A DNA stretch of 64,000 nucleotides from an uncultured Dehalococcoidia bacterium (GTDB taxonomy: Bacteria; Chloroflexota; Dehalococcoidia; Lucifugimonadales; JADFKI01). A program made the translations under genes and the position numbers. Under the pieces are notes generated by a model, which searched no databases, was not told the origin of the DNA, and saw only the letters and a program-made list of their open reading frames with translations. Within the stretch, counting starts at the first letter, position 1. Each line of letters opens with the position of its first letter. Where the stretch lies: assembly GCA_964632415.1 (NCBI GenBank), contig CAZWDM010000008.1, forward strand, positions 7,098 through 71,097, given 5' to 3'. This document shows positions 9,007 through 18,142 of the stretch, in pieces.

Positions 9007-10221
9007 TCAGATGACGTCGTTAAACATATCGGCACGTTCGGCATTCTCACCACGTTTCTGTGCCGCTGTGTTCTCGCCATAGTCGGCGGTTCGCCCCGGG
9101 CTCTCGATCCAAACCCCGCGCTGGTTGGTGAGCCAGATAGAGCCGGTGGTAGCGCTATAATTCTGCTTCGCATTCACCAGCCGGTGGGCATATGCAGGCT
9201 CGCATGTGCAACTCTTGGGAGTGCCGCAGTCGCCTTGGCAACTACGTCTGATGGTTTCAATGTTCCACATCGCCCGGACACCACCCAGAATTCCTGTCGA
9301 GCCAGAGTACACGACACCCGCTGTCTTCGGCGGGTGGGCAATAAGCAGCACGGCGCAATCGTTCTCATCGGCCCACGCAGCCCAATCGGCAAAGAACGCT
9401 CCGACTTGGGCGCGATCTATCTCACTCGCGCCATTGGCAACGCCCAGAGTGTCGATCACTAGTAGCCGCACATCTTGTTCCTCGGCTGCCGATCGTAGCA
9501 TCTGTCCGGCAGGTGTGAGGCCATGTACTGAGTTTCGTTCAGTGGCCGTCCACAGGTGCCCCTGCGCGCGCATATCAGCGATCTTGAGATTCTCTCCGTT
9601 GCCAACCTTACCCGACTGATCAAGCCAGTAGAGTCGCCCGCGTATCTGCTCAGGGCTGTCTTCCCAGGTGGCGTAAAGTACCTTGGTCGGTCCGAGAGGT
9701 TCAAAGCCCATCCCGTAGTCCGCTCCGTTCGCCGGCATTAGTCCTGCCTCACCCAGCCATTGACCATCGCCGCTGAGGGCCCACGCTAGCTGCAGTGCGA
9801 GTCTGGACTTCCCAACCCCGCCGTCTCCGGTCAGCATCGCAACGCAACTTCTGGGAAGCCAGTTTTCGATGAGCCAGGACTGCCAGTACCGGACCGGTAT
9901 GCCGTCAGTAAGCGGCAGCTTCTGACTGCTCTGCGCTTGCTCAATCGCATACCGGATGGCATCAAGGTCAGCAGCCAATGGCTGTCGTCCGGACAGCAAC
10001 GCTTCGTTGATTCTGGCGGCCGCGCTCCTGCCTTGCTCAATAACTGGAGTTTCGTACCCCGTTCCTCCAGTCAGAGTGTTGAAGTTCTCCCCCACCGCGG
10101 CCCAGTCAATAGCGTTCTGTGAGTTCAGCGCCTCCGCCATTGCGTGCGCGGCCTCCTGGAGCGCAGTCGGCTCCACGTTTATGGGACTAGCTGCCAGGTG
10201 TCCGTTCTCGTTCGTCGTCAT
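9007..10221 (-). CDS. AAA_25 / plasmid RepA-like RecA-fold ATPase (putative replicative helicase or loader)
   Basis: Walker A MLTGDGGVGKSRLALQLAWAL. Walker B region LLVIDTLGVANGASEIDRAQVGAFFADWAAWADENDCAVLLIAHPPK. This is typical of AAA_25 proteins that sit next to primases on mobile elements. Confidence 0.75.
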   Translation of the reverse strand: MTTNENGHLAASPINVEPTALQEAAHAMAEALNSQNAIDWAAVGENFNTLTGGTGYETPVIEQGRSAAARINEALLSGRQPLAADLDAIRYAIEQAQSSQKLPLTDGIPVRYWQSWLIENWLPRSCVAMLTGDGGVGKSRLALQLAWALSGDGQWLGEAGLMPANGADYGMGFEPLGPTKVLYATWEDSPEQIRGRLYWLDQSGKVGNGENLKIADMRAQGHLWTATERNSVHGLTPAGQMLRSAAEEQDVRLLVIDTLGVANGASEIDRAQVGAFFADWAAWADENDCAVLLIAHPPKTAGVVYSGSTGILGGVRAMWNIETIRRSCQGDCGTPKSCTCEPAYAHRLVNAKQNYSATTGSIWLTNQRGVWIESPGRTADYGENTAAQKRGENAERADMFNDVI

Positions 10222-10233
10222 GTCCTTCCCCGC

Positions 10234-11418
10234 CTACTTCAGCATAGTCGAGGCATATCGCATTGCCTCGAACTCTGCCATTCCCTCGCCCACAAGGTCC
10301 TGAGCGAATTTCTGCAGTTCTTGTACATCAAGAGCTCCCAGTGGCGCCTCACGGGCTGCATCGGCGGCGTCCTTTCCGATGTCCACGCCCATCACCTCGA
10401 CTGTCTGTCCCGCAAGCTTACGAGCCTGTGCTAGTGATACAGCTGCGTCTAGTCCTGGGCGCTGTCCTTTGTTGTTCAGGTCGTCCATATCCGGCCACAG
10501 CGTTATGAAGTCGTATGTCGAGAGGGCGCCGCGCCAGTCGATTGGTGGACGGGGCGTTGTCAACGTCGCGATTACAGGGTCGGGTTCGCGCGCCGCCAGC
10601 GCGAGCGCGTCAGCCGCTCCTTCACAGACAGCTGCTCGGTTTCCGCGTATATCACCCACGGTCCAGACCGCAAGCCTGGCGTTGCCGAATTTCGGCTTGT
10701 CAACTCGACGGCCCTGAGAGTTTTCGTAGTCGGCACGCTCGCCGTCTGGGTCGATGCAAACGAGCTGCACCGCGGTGGGCGGTGGCGTGTCCGGATAACT
10801 CGCTTGCCATGCCGCAATCGGTGCAAGTGGGAAAGCAATCGCCCCAGCCCCGGAGTGCGTTCTTCTGAAGACGGGGGCGTCAGCTGGGACCCAGCGTAGG
10901 GACGGTGGCAGCGGCAACTCCGGCCTCCAGAGATTGCGTTGGCGAATCCAGTTTCGCACAGGATGGTCGGAGGCGTCCGCAATAGGCAGTATCTGGCGTC
11001 TTATCCACCGGAGAGTTTCTCTGGGGTCATGACTGGATGGACCTTCACTATGGCCTCTATTCTCGACGGTTCTAGTCGACCTCGTGGTGGCTCCTTGGTG
11101 CCGATGCTGGCTATTGGTAACGCCTTCGTCTCGTTTTCGCAGAAAGCCCTGTTGTTCCAGCCACTCGACTGCACCTGCTTTATCGCAGCGTTCCTCGCGC
11201 ATCACCAAGTCGAGCACTCCCCCGCCCTCGTTCGCCTCGAAATCACTCCAGCCTCCGGTTTCGAGCTTGAGTCGAAACGAGCCCTTGCGCCCCCAGCGCC
11301 ACTCCCGCGATGAACGGCTCGCGGGCTCTCCTAGAAGACGTTCACATACTGCGGGGGCGATCTGAACGAATTCCCGTTGGGCGACATAAGCATCCACGGC
11401 TGCATGAGGGCTTGTCAT
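10234..11418 (-). CDS. Toprim-domain primase-like protein
   Basis: N-terminal block WRWGRKGSFRLKLETGGWSDFEANEGGGVLDLV, a Cys-less version of the P4/TraC-type primase zinc-binding region. Toprim motifs VCEGAADALALA and WPDMDDLNNKGQRPG. Confidence 0.7.
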   Translation of the reverse strand: MTSPHAAVDAYVAQREFVQIAPAVCERLLGEPASRSSREWRWGRKGSFRLKLETGGWSDFEANEGGGVLDLVMREERCDKAGAVEWLEQQGFLRKRDEGVTNSQHRHQGATTRSTRTVENRGHSEGPSSHDPRETLRWIRRQILPIADASDHPVRNWIRQRNLWRPELPLPPSLRWVPADAPVFRRTHSGAGAIAFPLAPIAAWQASYPDTPPPTAVQLVCIDPDGERADYENSQGRRVDKPKFGNARLAVWTVGDIRGNRAAVCEGAADALALAAREPDPVIATLTTPRPPIDWRGALSTYDFITLWPDMDDLNNKGQRPGLDAAVSLAQARKLAGQTVEVMGVDIGKDAADAAREAPLGALDVQELQKFAQDLVGEGMAEFEAMRYASTMLK

Positions 11419-11528
11419 CGTTCAGTCTCACTTGCGACCCTTATCGAGTGGCGGCTCGGTGTTAGGAATGTGCAAAACATCATCAACATGGCTCTTCGTT
11501 ACGCGGCCTTTGCCGATTAGACTCAAGC

Positions 11529-12911
11529 CTACTTCCAGAGGTGACGTATTGGTACGGCATATAAGTTCTCGCCAAATCTCGCAACTGTCTCGCCGTCGTA
11601 CAACACAACACCGTTGGTGAACTTATTTCCAGCAATTCTCTTGAGCTTGCGTAGCCCTCGGAAATCCGACGGCATCACAGTGGCTGCCGCCTTTACATCC
11701 ACGCCGGCTACGGCGAGCGCACCTCTCTCAATCACAACGTCAACCTCAAGCTGGTCCTTGTCCCTGTAGTAGAAGAAGGAGTGAGGGTTGATACTCCAGC
11801 TCGCTTGGCGCCTCAATTCCTGAAAAACGAAAGTCTCAAGGAAATCGCCTCGGACCGTTCGGTCGGCCGCAAGTGAGTCTTCATCTAGTCCCAGGAGCGC
11901 GCAACCAAGCCCGGTATCTCCCAGGTGAAGTTTTGGGGTCTTCACAAGACGCCCCTGGGGTCCGCTGTGCCACGCCGGTAGTTTTTCCAGAAGAAAGACT
12001 CTCTCGAGTAGCTCCACATAGTCCCCGATCGTCTGCCTGCTTAGCTGGAATGGAGCGGCGAGTTCCGTAAGGTTAAATAGCTTAGCGGTCTGAGAGGCAG
12101 CAACGTTCAGCAATCTTGGTATGACGTCCAGGCCTCTGATACGCGCCAAGTCGCGCACGTCTCTTTGTACGTGAGATTCCGCATATGCCCTGCACCATGC
12201 TGCTCGTCTGTGTGCCGCGGTGCGGGCAAGGGCTGGAGGGAATCCACCTGCCACTATGCGTCGGTTGAGTTCGTGGCCGAGCCGAGCCGATTGGCCGATC
12301 GTGAAACCGTTACGGAATAGTCTATCTAGGAAGCCACTCGGAGGAAGATCATACGGGACGGTTTCATCAAGCTCAGTGGCTCCAGCCTCAATTTCGCCCT
12401 GAGATAGAGGGTGCAGCCGGACTATTTCCTGGCGCCCTGCAAGTGAGTCGGCCAGTCTCTCAAGCAAGAGAATGTTGGAGGATCCGGTCAGCACGAAGCG
12501 TCCGGGCCTGCGGTTGCGGTCAACCGCCAGCTTCAGGGCGGTGAACAACTCAGGAGCACGCTGCACTTCGTCCAGTACGACGTTCTCTGGCAAGTCATCA
12601 ACAAAGCCTACTGGGTCTTCCTGTGCGCCGACGCGCAGACTGTCGTCGTCAAGGCTAATGTACTCATATTTGCCCGGCGTGCTATGAGCAATAGAGTATG
12701 GGATACTGGTGGCAATGGGGTCTCCACCTGAAGTTCCCACATACTCCGGCGCGCAGATAGTTTGGGCGAGCGTCGTCTTTCCACACTGGCGCGGTCCGTG
12801 AATCAGTACAATCGGGGAGTCTTCTATCGCCTCTAGCAGACGATACTCGGCGTATCTTGGGTAAATTGTTGCTGGAGACATTGGAGTCGGCCACCTTTGA
12901 CAAATTCGCAT
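11529..12911 (-). CDS. AAA+ ATPase with DUF4143-type C-terminal domain
   Basis: Walker A LIHGPRQCGKTTLA and Walker B VVLDEVQRAPE. The length and C-terminal architecture are typical of AAA_14 + DUF4143 proteins. Confidence 0.7.
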   Translation of the reverse strand: MRICQRWPTPMSPATIYPRYAEYRLLEAIEDSPIVLIHGPRQCGKTTLAQTICAPEYVGTSGGDPIATSIPYSIAHSTPGKYEYISLDDDSLRVGAQEDPVGFVDDLPENVVLDEVQRAPELFTALKLAVDRNRRPGRFVLTGSSNILLLERLADSLAGRQEIVRLHPLSQGEIEAGATELDETVPYDLPPSGFLDRLFRNGFTIGQSARLGHELNRRIVAGGFPPALARTAAHRRAAWCRAYAESHVQRDVRDLARIRGLDVIPRLLNVAASQTAKLFNLTELAAPFQLSRQTIGDYVELLERVFLLEKLPAWHSGPQGRLVKTPKLHLGDTGLGCALLGLDEDSLAADRTVRGDFLETFVFQELRRQASWSINPHSFFYYRDKDQLEVDVVIERGALAVAGVDVKAAATVMPSDFRGLRKLKRIAGNKFTNGVVLYDGETVARFGENLYAVPIRHLWK

Positions 12912-12935
12912 TCCGTCTGATTGTCAGGTTACGGC

Positions 12936-12973
12936 GCGTCCAATTGTAACCTTCTTATGCGTCCAATTGCAAG
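12936..12973. promoter_or_regulatory. Two direct repeats GCGTCCAATTG(T/C)AA 23 bp apart in the divergent intergenic region
   Basis: Copies at 12936-12950 and 12959-12973, each containing the palindrome CAATTG. They lie between the ATPase start (12911, minus) and parA. Candidate operator. Confidence 0.3.
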
Positions 12974-13226
12974 GTTGGTGGGGCCATCTCTTCTAGTCCA
13001 CAGGCGCAGCTATCATAAATTAAACGAAAAGATATGCCGAAACTGATTGCTCTTTTGCAGTGAGTCAGCGAAGATGAAAATGGCGACGATACGACTTTAC
13101 CGCATCACCCCTCGACTACTCTACAACCATACAACTTTACCACCATAGCGGTAAGCAACGAAACAACATCACGGCAATCGTATAATGCGACGCTCGTCGC
13201 CCAAGAGCTTGGGAGTAATACCTATC

Positions 13227-13892
13227 ATGGACGTTGTTGGCGTAGTTGCCCAAAAGGGCGGTGTGGGCAAGACTCATCTGACAATCAACTGGGCTGTGGA
13301 GGCTGAGCGGCAGGGTATGGGGCCCGTGGCAATCTTGGATCTGGATCCGCAGGCTACCGCTGTGTCCTGGTCGCAACGCCGGCTGAGGAAAATGTCTGTC
13401 AACAGACCCTTCATGCTTAAGGCTGAAGTCGACGATGTCGGTAGCGTCAGTCTCGAACAGGTGGTTGAAGTTTGTAGGGCGTGCCTGCACGAAGGCATCG
13501 AGCTCCTGTTCATCGACACGCCGCCTTCAGTTAGGCAGCCCGTGCTAGTGACAATGGAAGTCTCTGACTACGTTGTGATCCCGTCCGGCCCGTCCCTAGC
13601 GGAGATGGAAGCCATCGGAACTACGGTAGCGATAGTTCGGAGTGCCGGCGTGCCAGGTTGCATCGTGGTTAACAGAGGAAGGCCTAGGTCGCCCATAAAT
13701 GAAGACGCGTCAACCGCCCTTGCCGGTTACGAGTTGCCTGTCTGTCCCATGGTAATTACCCAACGCGCGGCAATTCAGGATGGCTTCAGGGATGGGCAGA
13801 CAGGCCGGGAATATGCACCACGAGGTAAGGCTGGAGGTGAGATCACTGCAACTTGGAAGTGGATTACAGATCAGATTAGAGGAGACGCCTGA
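13227..13892 (+). CDS. parA: ParA/Soj-type partition ATPase (small, type Ib-like)
   Basis: Deviant Walker A VVAQKGGVGKTHL. The ORF-track start at 13185 sits inside a perfect TATAAT hexamer (13181-13186), so the ATG at 13227 (MDVVGVVAQKGG) is the more likely start. Confidence 0.85.
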   Translation: MDVVGVVAQKGGVGKTHLTINWAVEAERQGMGPVAILDLDPQATAVSWSQRRLRKMSVNRPFMLKAEVDDVGSVSLEQVVEVCRACLHEGIELLFIDTPPSVRQPVLVTMEVSDYVVIPSGPSLAEMEAIGTTVAIVRSAGVPGCIVVNRGRPRSPINEDASTALAGYELPVCPMVITQRAAIQDGFRDGQTGREYAPRGKAGGEITATWKWITDQIRGDA

Positions 13893-14173
13893 TGGTTCAG
13901 TCGACACGGAAGAAAAACAGGTTTGAGGATTTTGTTGCCAACGAGCATGCTGAGCTCCCCGATTACCTCCACGAGGATCAAGAAGACATAAAGAAGCAGA
14001 GGAAGAAGAAACTGATAGACAAGCATTTCCGCGTGACGCCGGAGGCGTCGCAGGCCTTCAACCTCTTGGTGGCTCAGCAGTACACGGGAACCGGGCCGCA
14101 ACTTGGACCAGTACTGATTGCCGAAGCGCTAAATCTGCTCTTCGAAAAATATGGAATGGAAGAGGTTGCCTGA
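13892..14173 (+). CDS. Small partition partner, probably a ParG/CopG-like ribbon-helix-helix centromere-binding protein
   Basis: The start ATG overlaps the parA stop (TGATG). The 93-aa protein has a basic/acidic N-terminal tail and a C-terminal KHFRVTPEASQAFNLL..LIAEALNLLFEKYG segment compatible with strand-helix-helix. Confidence 0.5.
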   Translation: MVQSTRKKNRFEDFVANEHAELPDYLHEDQEDIKKQRKKKLIDKHFRVTPEASQAFNLLVAQQYTGTGPQLGPVLIAEALNLLFEKYGMEEVA

Positions 14174-14176
14174 CGA

Positions 14177-14949
14177 TAGCGGTATTGTCTCTTAGTCGCA
14201 TAGTAGTATGGCGGTATAGTTGTGAAGTTGTTCTGCTGTAAGAAACTATAGTTGCAACGTCGCGCACCACCAAAGTCGGCTCCTTGGCGCGCCGAACACC
14301 GCCTTTTCGAATCCCTCTATCATCCTCAGGTCGCGACCAGCTTCACATACCCCGCGCTCAGCGCGGTGTTTCGCAAGTCCATGGACGATCGAGGACGTGT
14401 CAATGCTGATTTATCGGCGCCGCTTCTCAAAGTCCGCGGGGCTCTCAGGAAGGTCCATCTATTACACTATAGTGGCAAAGTAGTAGTGCCTCTTAGTAGG
14501 CTAGTGGTTTAGTGGTACAGTCGGGTTGTTGTTTAGTGGACTTGCGGTACCCGACAAATGTGGTGTAGTGGCAGTGCCGTACTCGCCCAAGACACTCGAT
14601 TTTACGCAGGAGGATTGATTGTGGCGTCTGTATCAGTCCGACATGTGGGTTAAGGTCATATCACCGGACCCAAGCCTTCACTTAGTGCTACAGAGGTTGG
14701 GTACGGAGGTAGCCTAGTCGTTTAGTGGTATCGTCGCAACATACGATAGTTGGAAAGTCTTTTACTACGTAAGTTGTAGGGTGGTGATGTCGTAAGCCAC
14801 GAAGGCCGGCGCCTCTCCTCTTAGGGGTGACTGGGGAACTTTGTATCTTCCCGATGTATGGATTGGAGCCATATGATTGGACCCAAGTTTCCTCTTAGAG
14901 GTAAAGCAGCACGGTATGATAGTAGCCTGGTGGAATAGTAATTTAGTGG
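14177..14949. repeat. Dispersed short repeats TAG(T/C)GGTA / TAGTGG in the 1.27-kb non-coding stretch after the par genes (candidate centromere)
   Basis: TAGTGG starts at 14470, 14502, 14510, 14534, 14566, 14723 and 14944, three of them as TAGTGGTA. TAGCGGTA is at 14177 and TGGCGGTA at 14209. A further TAGCGGTA lies at 13146 upstream of parA, next to two ACTTTACC(G/A)C copies (13094, 13134). This is far more than chance for a hexamer in about 1 kb. Confidence 0.45.
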
Positions 14950-15405
14950 TGTGGTGGTGATGTTTGATGGTGGGGTAGCTGTCGCCGACTGATGTTGGAC
15001 GCTACTAGTGTCGCATACCGCGAGTATAATCGCCTCAATTGTGAAGAGTGACGGGGAGCTCAGTGTCAGCCCGACTTGGATATGGGAGCCGCGTTGCTGG
15101 AGGCAAGCGGGGATTTGGCACCTACGGCGGTTTAGCGCCTGACTGACTGGTGAGATCGATGAACGCCGTTGGTCCTTGCCAGGGGCTCGTATACTGGTCT
15201 GCATGTTATCGGACCGACTGAGAGAGAGATTGTTGTTCCATCCAGCGCGATTGTTTGGAGGTTTGAGATTCCGTTGCAGACGCAGTGAGACGCAGGTTTT
15301 GGCTGGCCATCATCCTAAGTGATTGATTCCGTGATGCTGTCTCGATCTGTGGGCACATCAAGGGATTGCTGGGAAAGAGGAACACAGAATACTATGGCAA
15401 TCCGT

Positions 15406-15441
15406 CTAAATGCCTTATTATTTCATTAATAAGACATTTAG
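15406..15441. other. 15-6-15 inverted repeat (CTAAATGCCTTATTA - TTTCAT - TAATAAGACATTTAG), candidate lox/dif-like recombination core site or operator
   Basis: The arms 15406-15420 and 15427-15441 are reverse complements with one mismatch, separated by a 6-bp spacer. The repeat ends immediately before the recombinase ORF. Confidence 0.5.
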
Positions 15442-16431
15442 GTGTTTTCCAAAAGAATGCTTCAACGTATTCACCACCAGAACCAAGGCAGCTTCGAATC
15501 TCCCGTACAGGTCTCAGAGGAGGCAAGGCGCCGCATCACCGAAGCCCTCGAAGGCTCTCTCGCTCCAACCACTCGCATGAACTACCTGTCGCAATGGAGG
15601 AAGTGGGAGTCTTTCGCTGATGAAAGCGGTTATCCCATCTTTCCGGCCGATCCTATGCACCTGGCAGACTGGATCACCCGGCGGGCTGCCGAGGGCCAGA
15701 AGCCCGGCACCATCCGTATGGGGTTGGCGGCAGTGGGTGCCGCCCACAAACAGGCGAACCTAGCAAGTCCTACTGAGGATGAGGGCGTACGGGCGGCGAT
15801 GCGAGGCGTAACCAGAGTCGCCGGCAGGGCGCAGAAGCAAGCCGCCGGACTGACTGCTGCATGCCTTGCCGCGATTCGCGCTACCGCCTGCGTTCCTCGC
15901 ATCGGACGCGGTGGGTCACTTGAGACGTCCGGAACTGCGCGCGCAAGAGGACAGCTGGACATCGCGATGGCCTCGCTGATGAGAGACGGGATGCTCAGGC
16001 GCTCAGAAGCGTCTGATCTCACATGGGGAGACCTCATTGAGCAGGAAGACGGGACGGGACGGCTGACGGTCGCTCGCTCAAAGACCGACCAGGAAGGGGA
16101 GGGGGCAGTGCTTTTCGTCTCTGCGCCCACTATGGAAGCGCTCGGAGCAATCAAGCCGTCCGATGCAGATGATGCAGTTCCCCTCTTCGGACTCTCCGCA
16201 GAGCAGATCGGGCGTCGGATCTCGAGTGCAGCCACAGCCGCGGGTCTGGGAGGGGGTTTTACCGGGCACTCCGCCCGAGTGGGAATGGCCCAGGACCTCG
16301 CTCGTTCCGGCACTGAGTTGCCGGCGCTGATGACCGCCGGAAGATGGCAGTCACCAACGATGCCCGCCAGATACACCCGCGCCGAACAGGCCGGACGTGG
16401 GGCGATTGCACGATATTACGAAGCCTCATAA
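15442..16431 (+). CDS. Cre-like tyrosine recombinase
   Basis: C-terminal catalytic region GHSARVGMAQDLARSGTELPALMTAGRWQSPTMPARYTR is very close to P1 Cre GHSARVGAARDMARAGVSIPEIMQAGGWTNVNIVMNYIR (H-x-x-R, Trp in place of the second His, Tyr nucleophile). An upstream LRRSEASDLTWGDL..SKTDQEG block supplies the Arg and Lys. The start may be the ATG at 15457. Confidence 0.85.
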   Translation: MFSKRMLQRIHHQNQGSFESPVQVSEEARRRITEALEGSLAPTTRMNYLSQWRKWESFADESGYPIFPADPMHLADWITRRAAEGQKPGTIRMGLAAVGAAHKQANLASPTEDEGVRAAMRGVTRVAGRAQKQAAGLTAACLAAIRATACVPRIGRGGSLETSGTARARGQLDIAMASLMRDGMLRRSEASDLTWGDLIEQEDGTGRLTVARSKTDQEGEGAVLFVSAPTMEALGAIKPSDADDAVPLFGLSAEQIGRRISSAATAAGLGGGFTGHSARVGMAQDLARSGTELPALMTAGRWQSPTMPARYTRAEQAGRGAIARYYEAS

Positions 16432-16826
16432 GCGCTTCGGTTTGCGATGGTCGCCCCAGCCGAAGGACATTCAGGAGCTGGTCGATTACGAATAAGCCCA
16501 ATCTACGAGGTGATTTTTTGGTGGAATGAGGCTTATCGAGGCATTGCTGTTGACGAGATCCGGGCGTTCCCCGGACAGTTGGCCGCCTAAATTGACACTC
16601 ACCGTGGCTACTACTATTCCGCTGAACTTACTGAGAGTGGCTACTCGTCTGGTAGTTGGTGCGTTGATGCTTCTTTTACAGTAATTGTGTGCCTTGTGTT
16701 AGAATGTCCGCATCCCGGCGCTGATATACGCGCGACCTCAAAATTCACAAGCCTTACGATACACCTCCGGGCGGTGAACTGAGAATTCGTCAGTGTTCTC
16801 GGTCACGCTAGAATGGATAGGAGCCC

Positions 16827-17432
16827 TTGTCCAAGGGACAGAAGATGACTCTGCAAACACTACAGCCTGATCAACTGGATTCGCTCATGCGATGCCATTC
16901 CGGTGGGAGTATGGCCCAGCGGACATTCGAGGAAGTCTTAACTTCGGAACCTATCGATCAATACGCGAAGCCCCAGGACACCAATGACTCTATGATGCAG
17001 CAGTATCTGTTGCAGCTCCTTCTCACTGACTCGGATGACAGGCTGGAGTATTTGATCGAGCTTAATCCTGCTATTTCAGAGGACCAGCTGGATCAGATCG
17101 CCCTAGTCACACACCTCTGGCTGGATGATGAAGCGCGAAGCCGTATGAGAGACGTTGCACGCTCTTGCTTTGATGATGGAGCTGACGCGTCGAACACACT
17201 GCTCGGCTGGTACACGACCGCAGAAATGCAGAGGCTGATCGGTCTTCTCAGCGAGACATCAATTTCTGACCACGGACTGGCGTCCTGTTATGCCATCTGC
17301 GAAGCTCACGACCTAGCTTACGCCGCTTACTTCATTTGCCATAATCGAGCCCGTCGCGATGTTGACTTTGGTAACGTGGCCCAGACTCCTGAAGAGATAG
17401 CGGGCGACATCAGTTTTGTCAATGCGCGTTAG
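16827..17432 (+). CDS. Acidic 201-aa hypothetical protein, candidate cognate antitoxin of the downstream tandem-MazF protein
   Basis: AGGAG lies 6 nt upstream of the TTG start (alternative ATG at 16845). The gene ends 14 nt before the toxin gene. I recognise no motif. TAGAAT -10-like boxes at 16700-16705 and 16809-16814. Confidence 0.45.
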   Translation: MSKGQKMTLQTLQPDQLDSLMRCHSGGSMAQRTFEEVLTSEPIDQYAKPQDTNDSMMQQYLLQLLLTDSDDRLEYLIELNPAISEDQLDQIALVTHLWLDDEARSRMRDVARSCFDDGADASNTLLGWYTTAEMQRLIGLLSETSISDHGLASCYAICEAHDLAYAAYFICHNRARRDVDFGNVAQTPEEIAGDISFVNAR

Positions 17433-17446
17433 GGCCTGTCGACGAA

Positions 17447-18142
17447 GTGCCGCCGGTCGTGCAAGGAACCGTATACTGGTATGACTACGGGCCAATAGTC
17501 GGTAACGAACTCTCGGGCCGCCGTCCCGCTCTGGTCATCAGTACCAATCGGCTCAACGACAATTCCACCATTCCCGTCGTCCTGACGCTCCCCGTTTCCA
17601 GCTCTGAGCCGTCACCTCGGCATCTCAGAAACCATGTCTTTGTAGAGTCGACTGGCTCATGGGCCTCCGTGCGGCAGATTAAGTCTGCGGAAAAGAGCAG
17701 ACTCGGGGAAAAGTTAGGCGACGCGTCAGCGCGGGAGATGGAAAGAGTCCTGGAGATCTTCGTAGCTCGGCTGGCAAGCACGCGAAATCGACCTTGTACC
17801 ATTGACACTCCTTCCGGACCCGAGGTGGTACGGCCTGGAACCGTCTGGAGCGTTGACTTTCGCAATCTGGACGGGACCGTTCGGGATGCCCATATTCTCA
17901 TCTTGGACATTAACGCCGGCAATGGGATGGCAATCGCAGTTGAGGTTGGATACACGCGCAGAGCGAACTCTCCTGTCAGGATCCCAGTCAGCATCGTCGA
18001 TTCCACGGAGCAGGCCTTTGCTCTGATACATCGCATTCGGTCCATCGACATTAACGCAAGGATGCTGTCCAGGGTCAACGCGATAGATGAAGGAAGTCTG
18101 CTGACAGTGAAATCCGAACTGCGGTCGGCGATAGACCGGTGA
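17447..18142 (+). CDS. Tandem (two-domain) MazF/PemK-like toxin
   Basis: Domain 1: VQGTVYWYDYGPIVGNELSGRRPALVISTNRLND..LPVSS..ASVRQIKSAEKSRLGEKLG. Domain 2: VRPGTVWSVDFRNLDGTVRDAHILILD..IAVEVGYT..VSIVDSTEQAFALIHRIRSIDINARML. Both follow the MazF/PemK pattern G-x-V/I-x-x-x-D-F ... (RP)-x-L/V-I-L/S ... T ... I-R-S-I-D. Confidence 0.65.
   Translation: MPPVVQGTVYWYDYGPIVGNELSGRRPALVISTNRLNDNSTIPVVLTLPVSSSEPSPRHLRNHVFVESTGSWASVRQIKSAEKSRLGEKLGDASAREMERVLEIFVARLASTRNRPCTIDTPSGPEVVRPGTVWSVDFRNLDGTVRDAHILILDINAGNGMAIAVEVGYTRRANSPVRIPVSIVDSTEQAFALIHRIRSIDINARMLSRVNAIDEGSLLTVKSELRSAIDR

Noticed and set aside
14252-15204. 86-aa plus-strand and 127-aa minus-strand ORFs in the par-recombinase intergenic stretch
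   Set aside because: They have no RBS, no motifs and odd composition. The region is better explained by the TAGTGG repeat array.
15630-16376. 248-aa minus-strand ORF antisense to the Cre-like recombinase
   Set aside because: It is a shadow ORF; the plus-strand frame carries the catalytic R-K-H-R-W-Y set.
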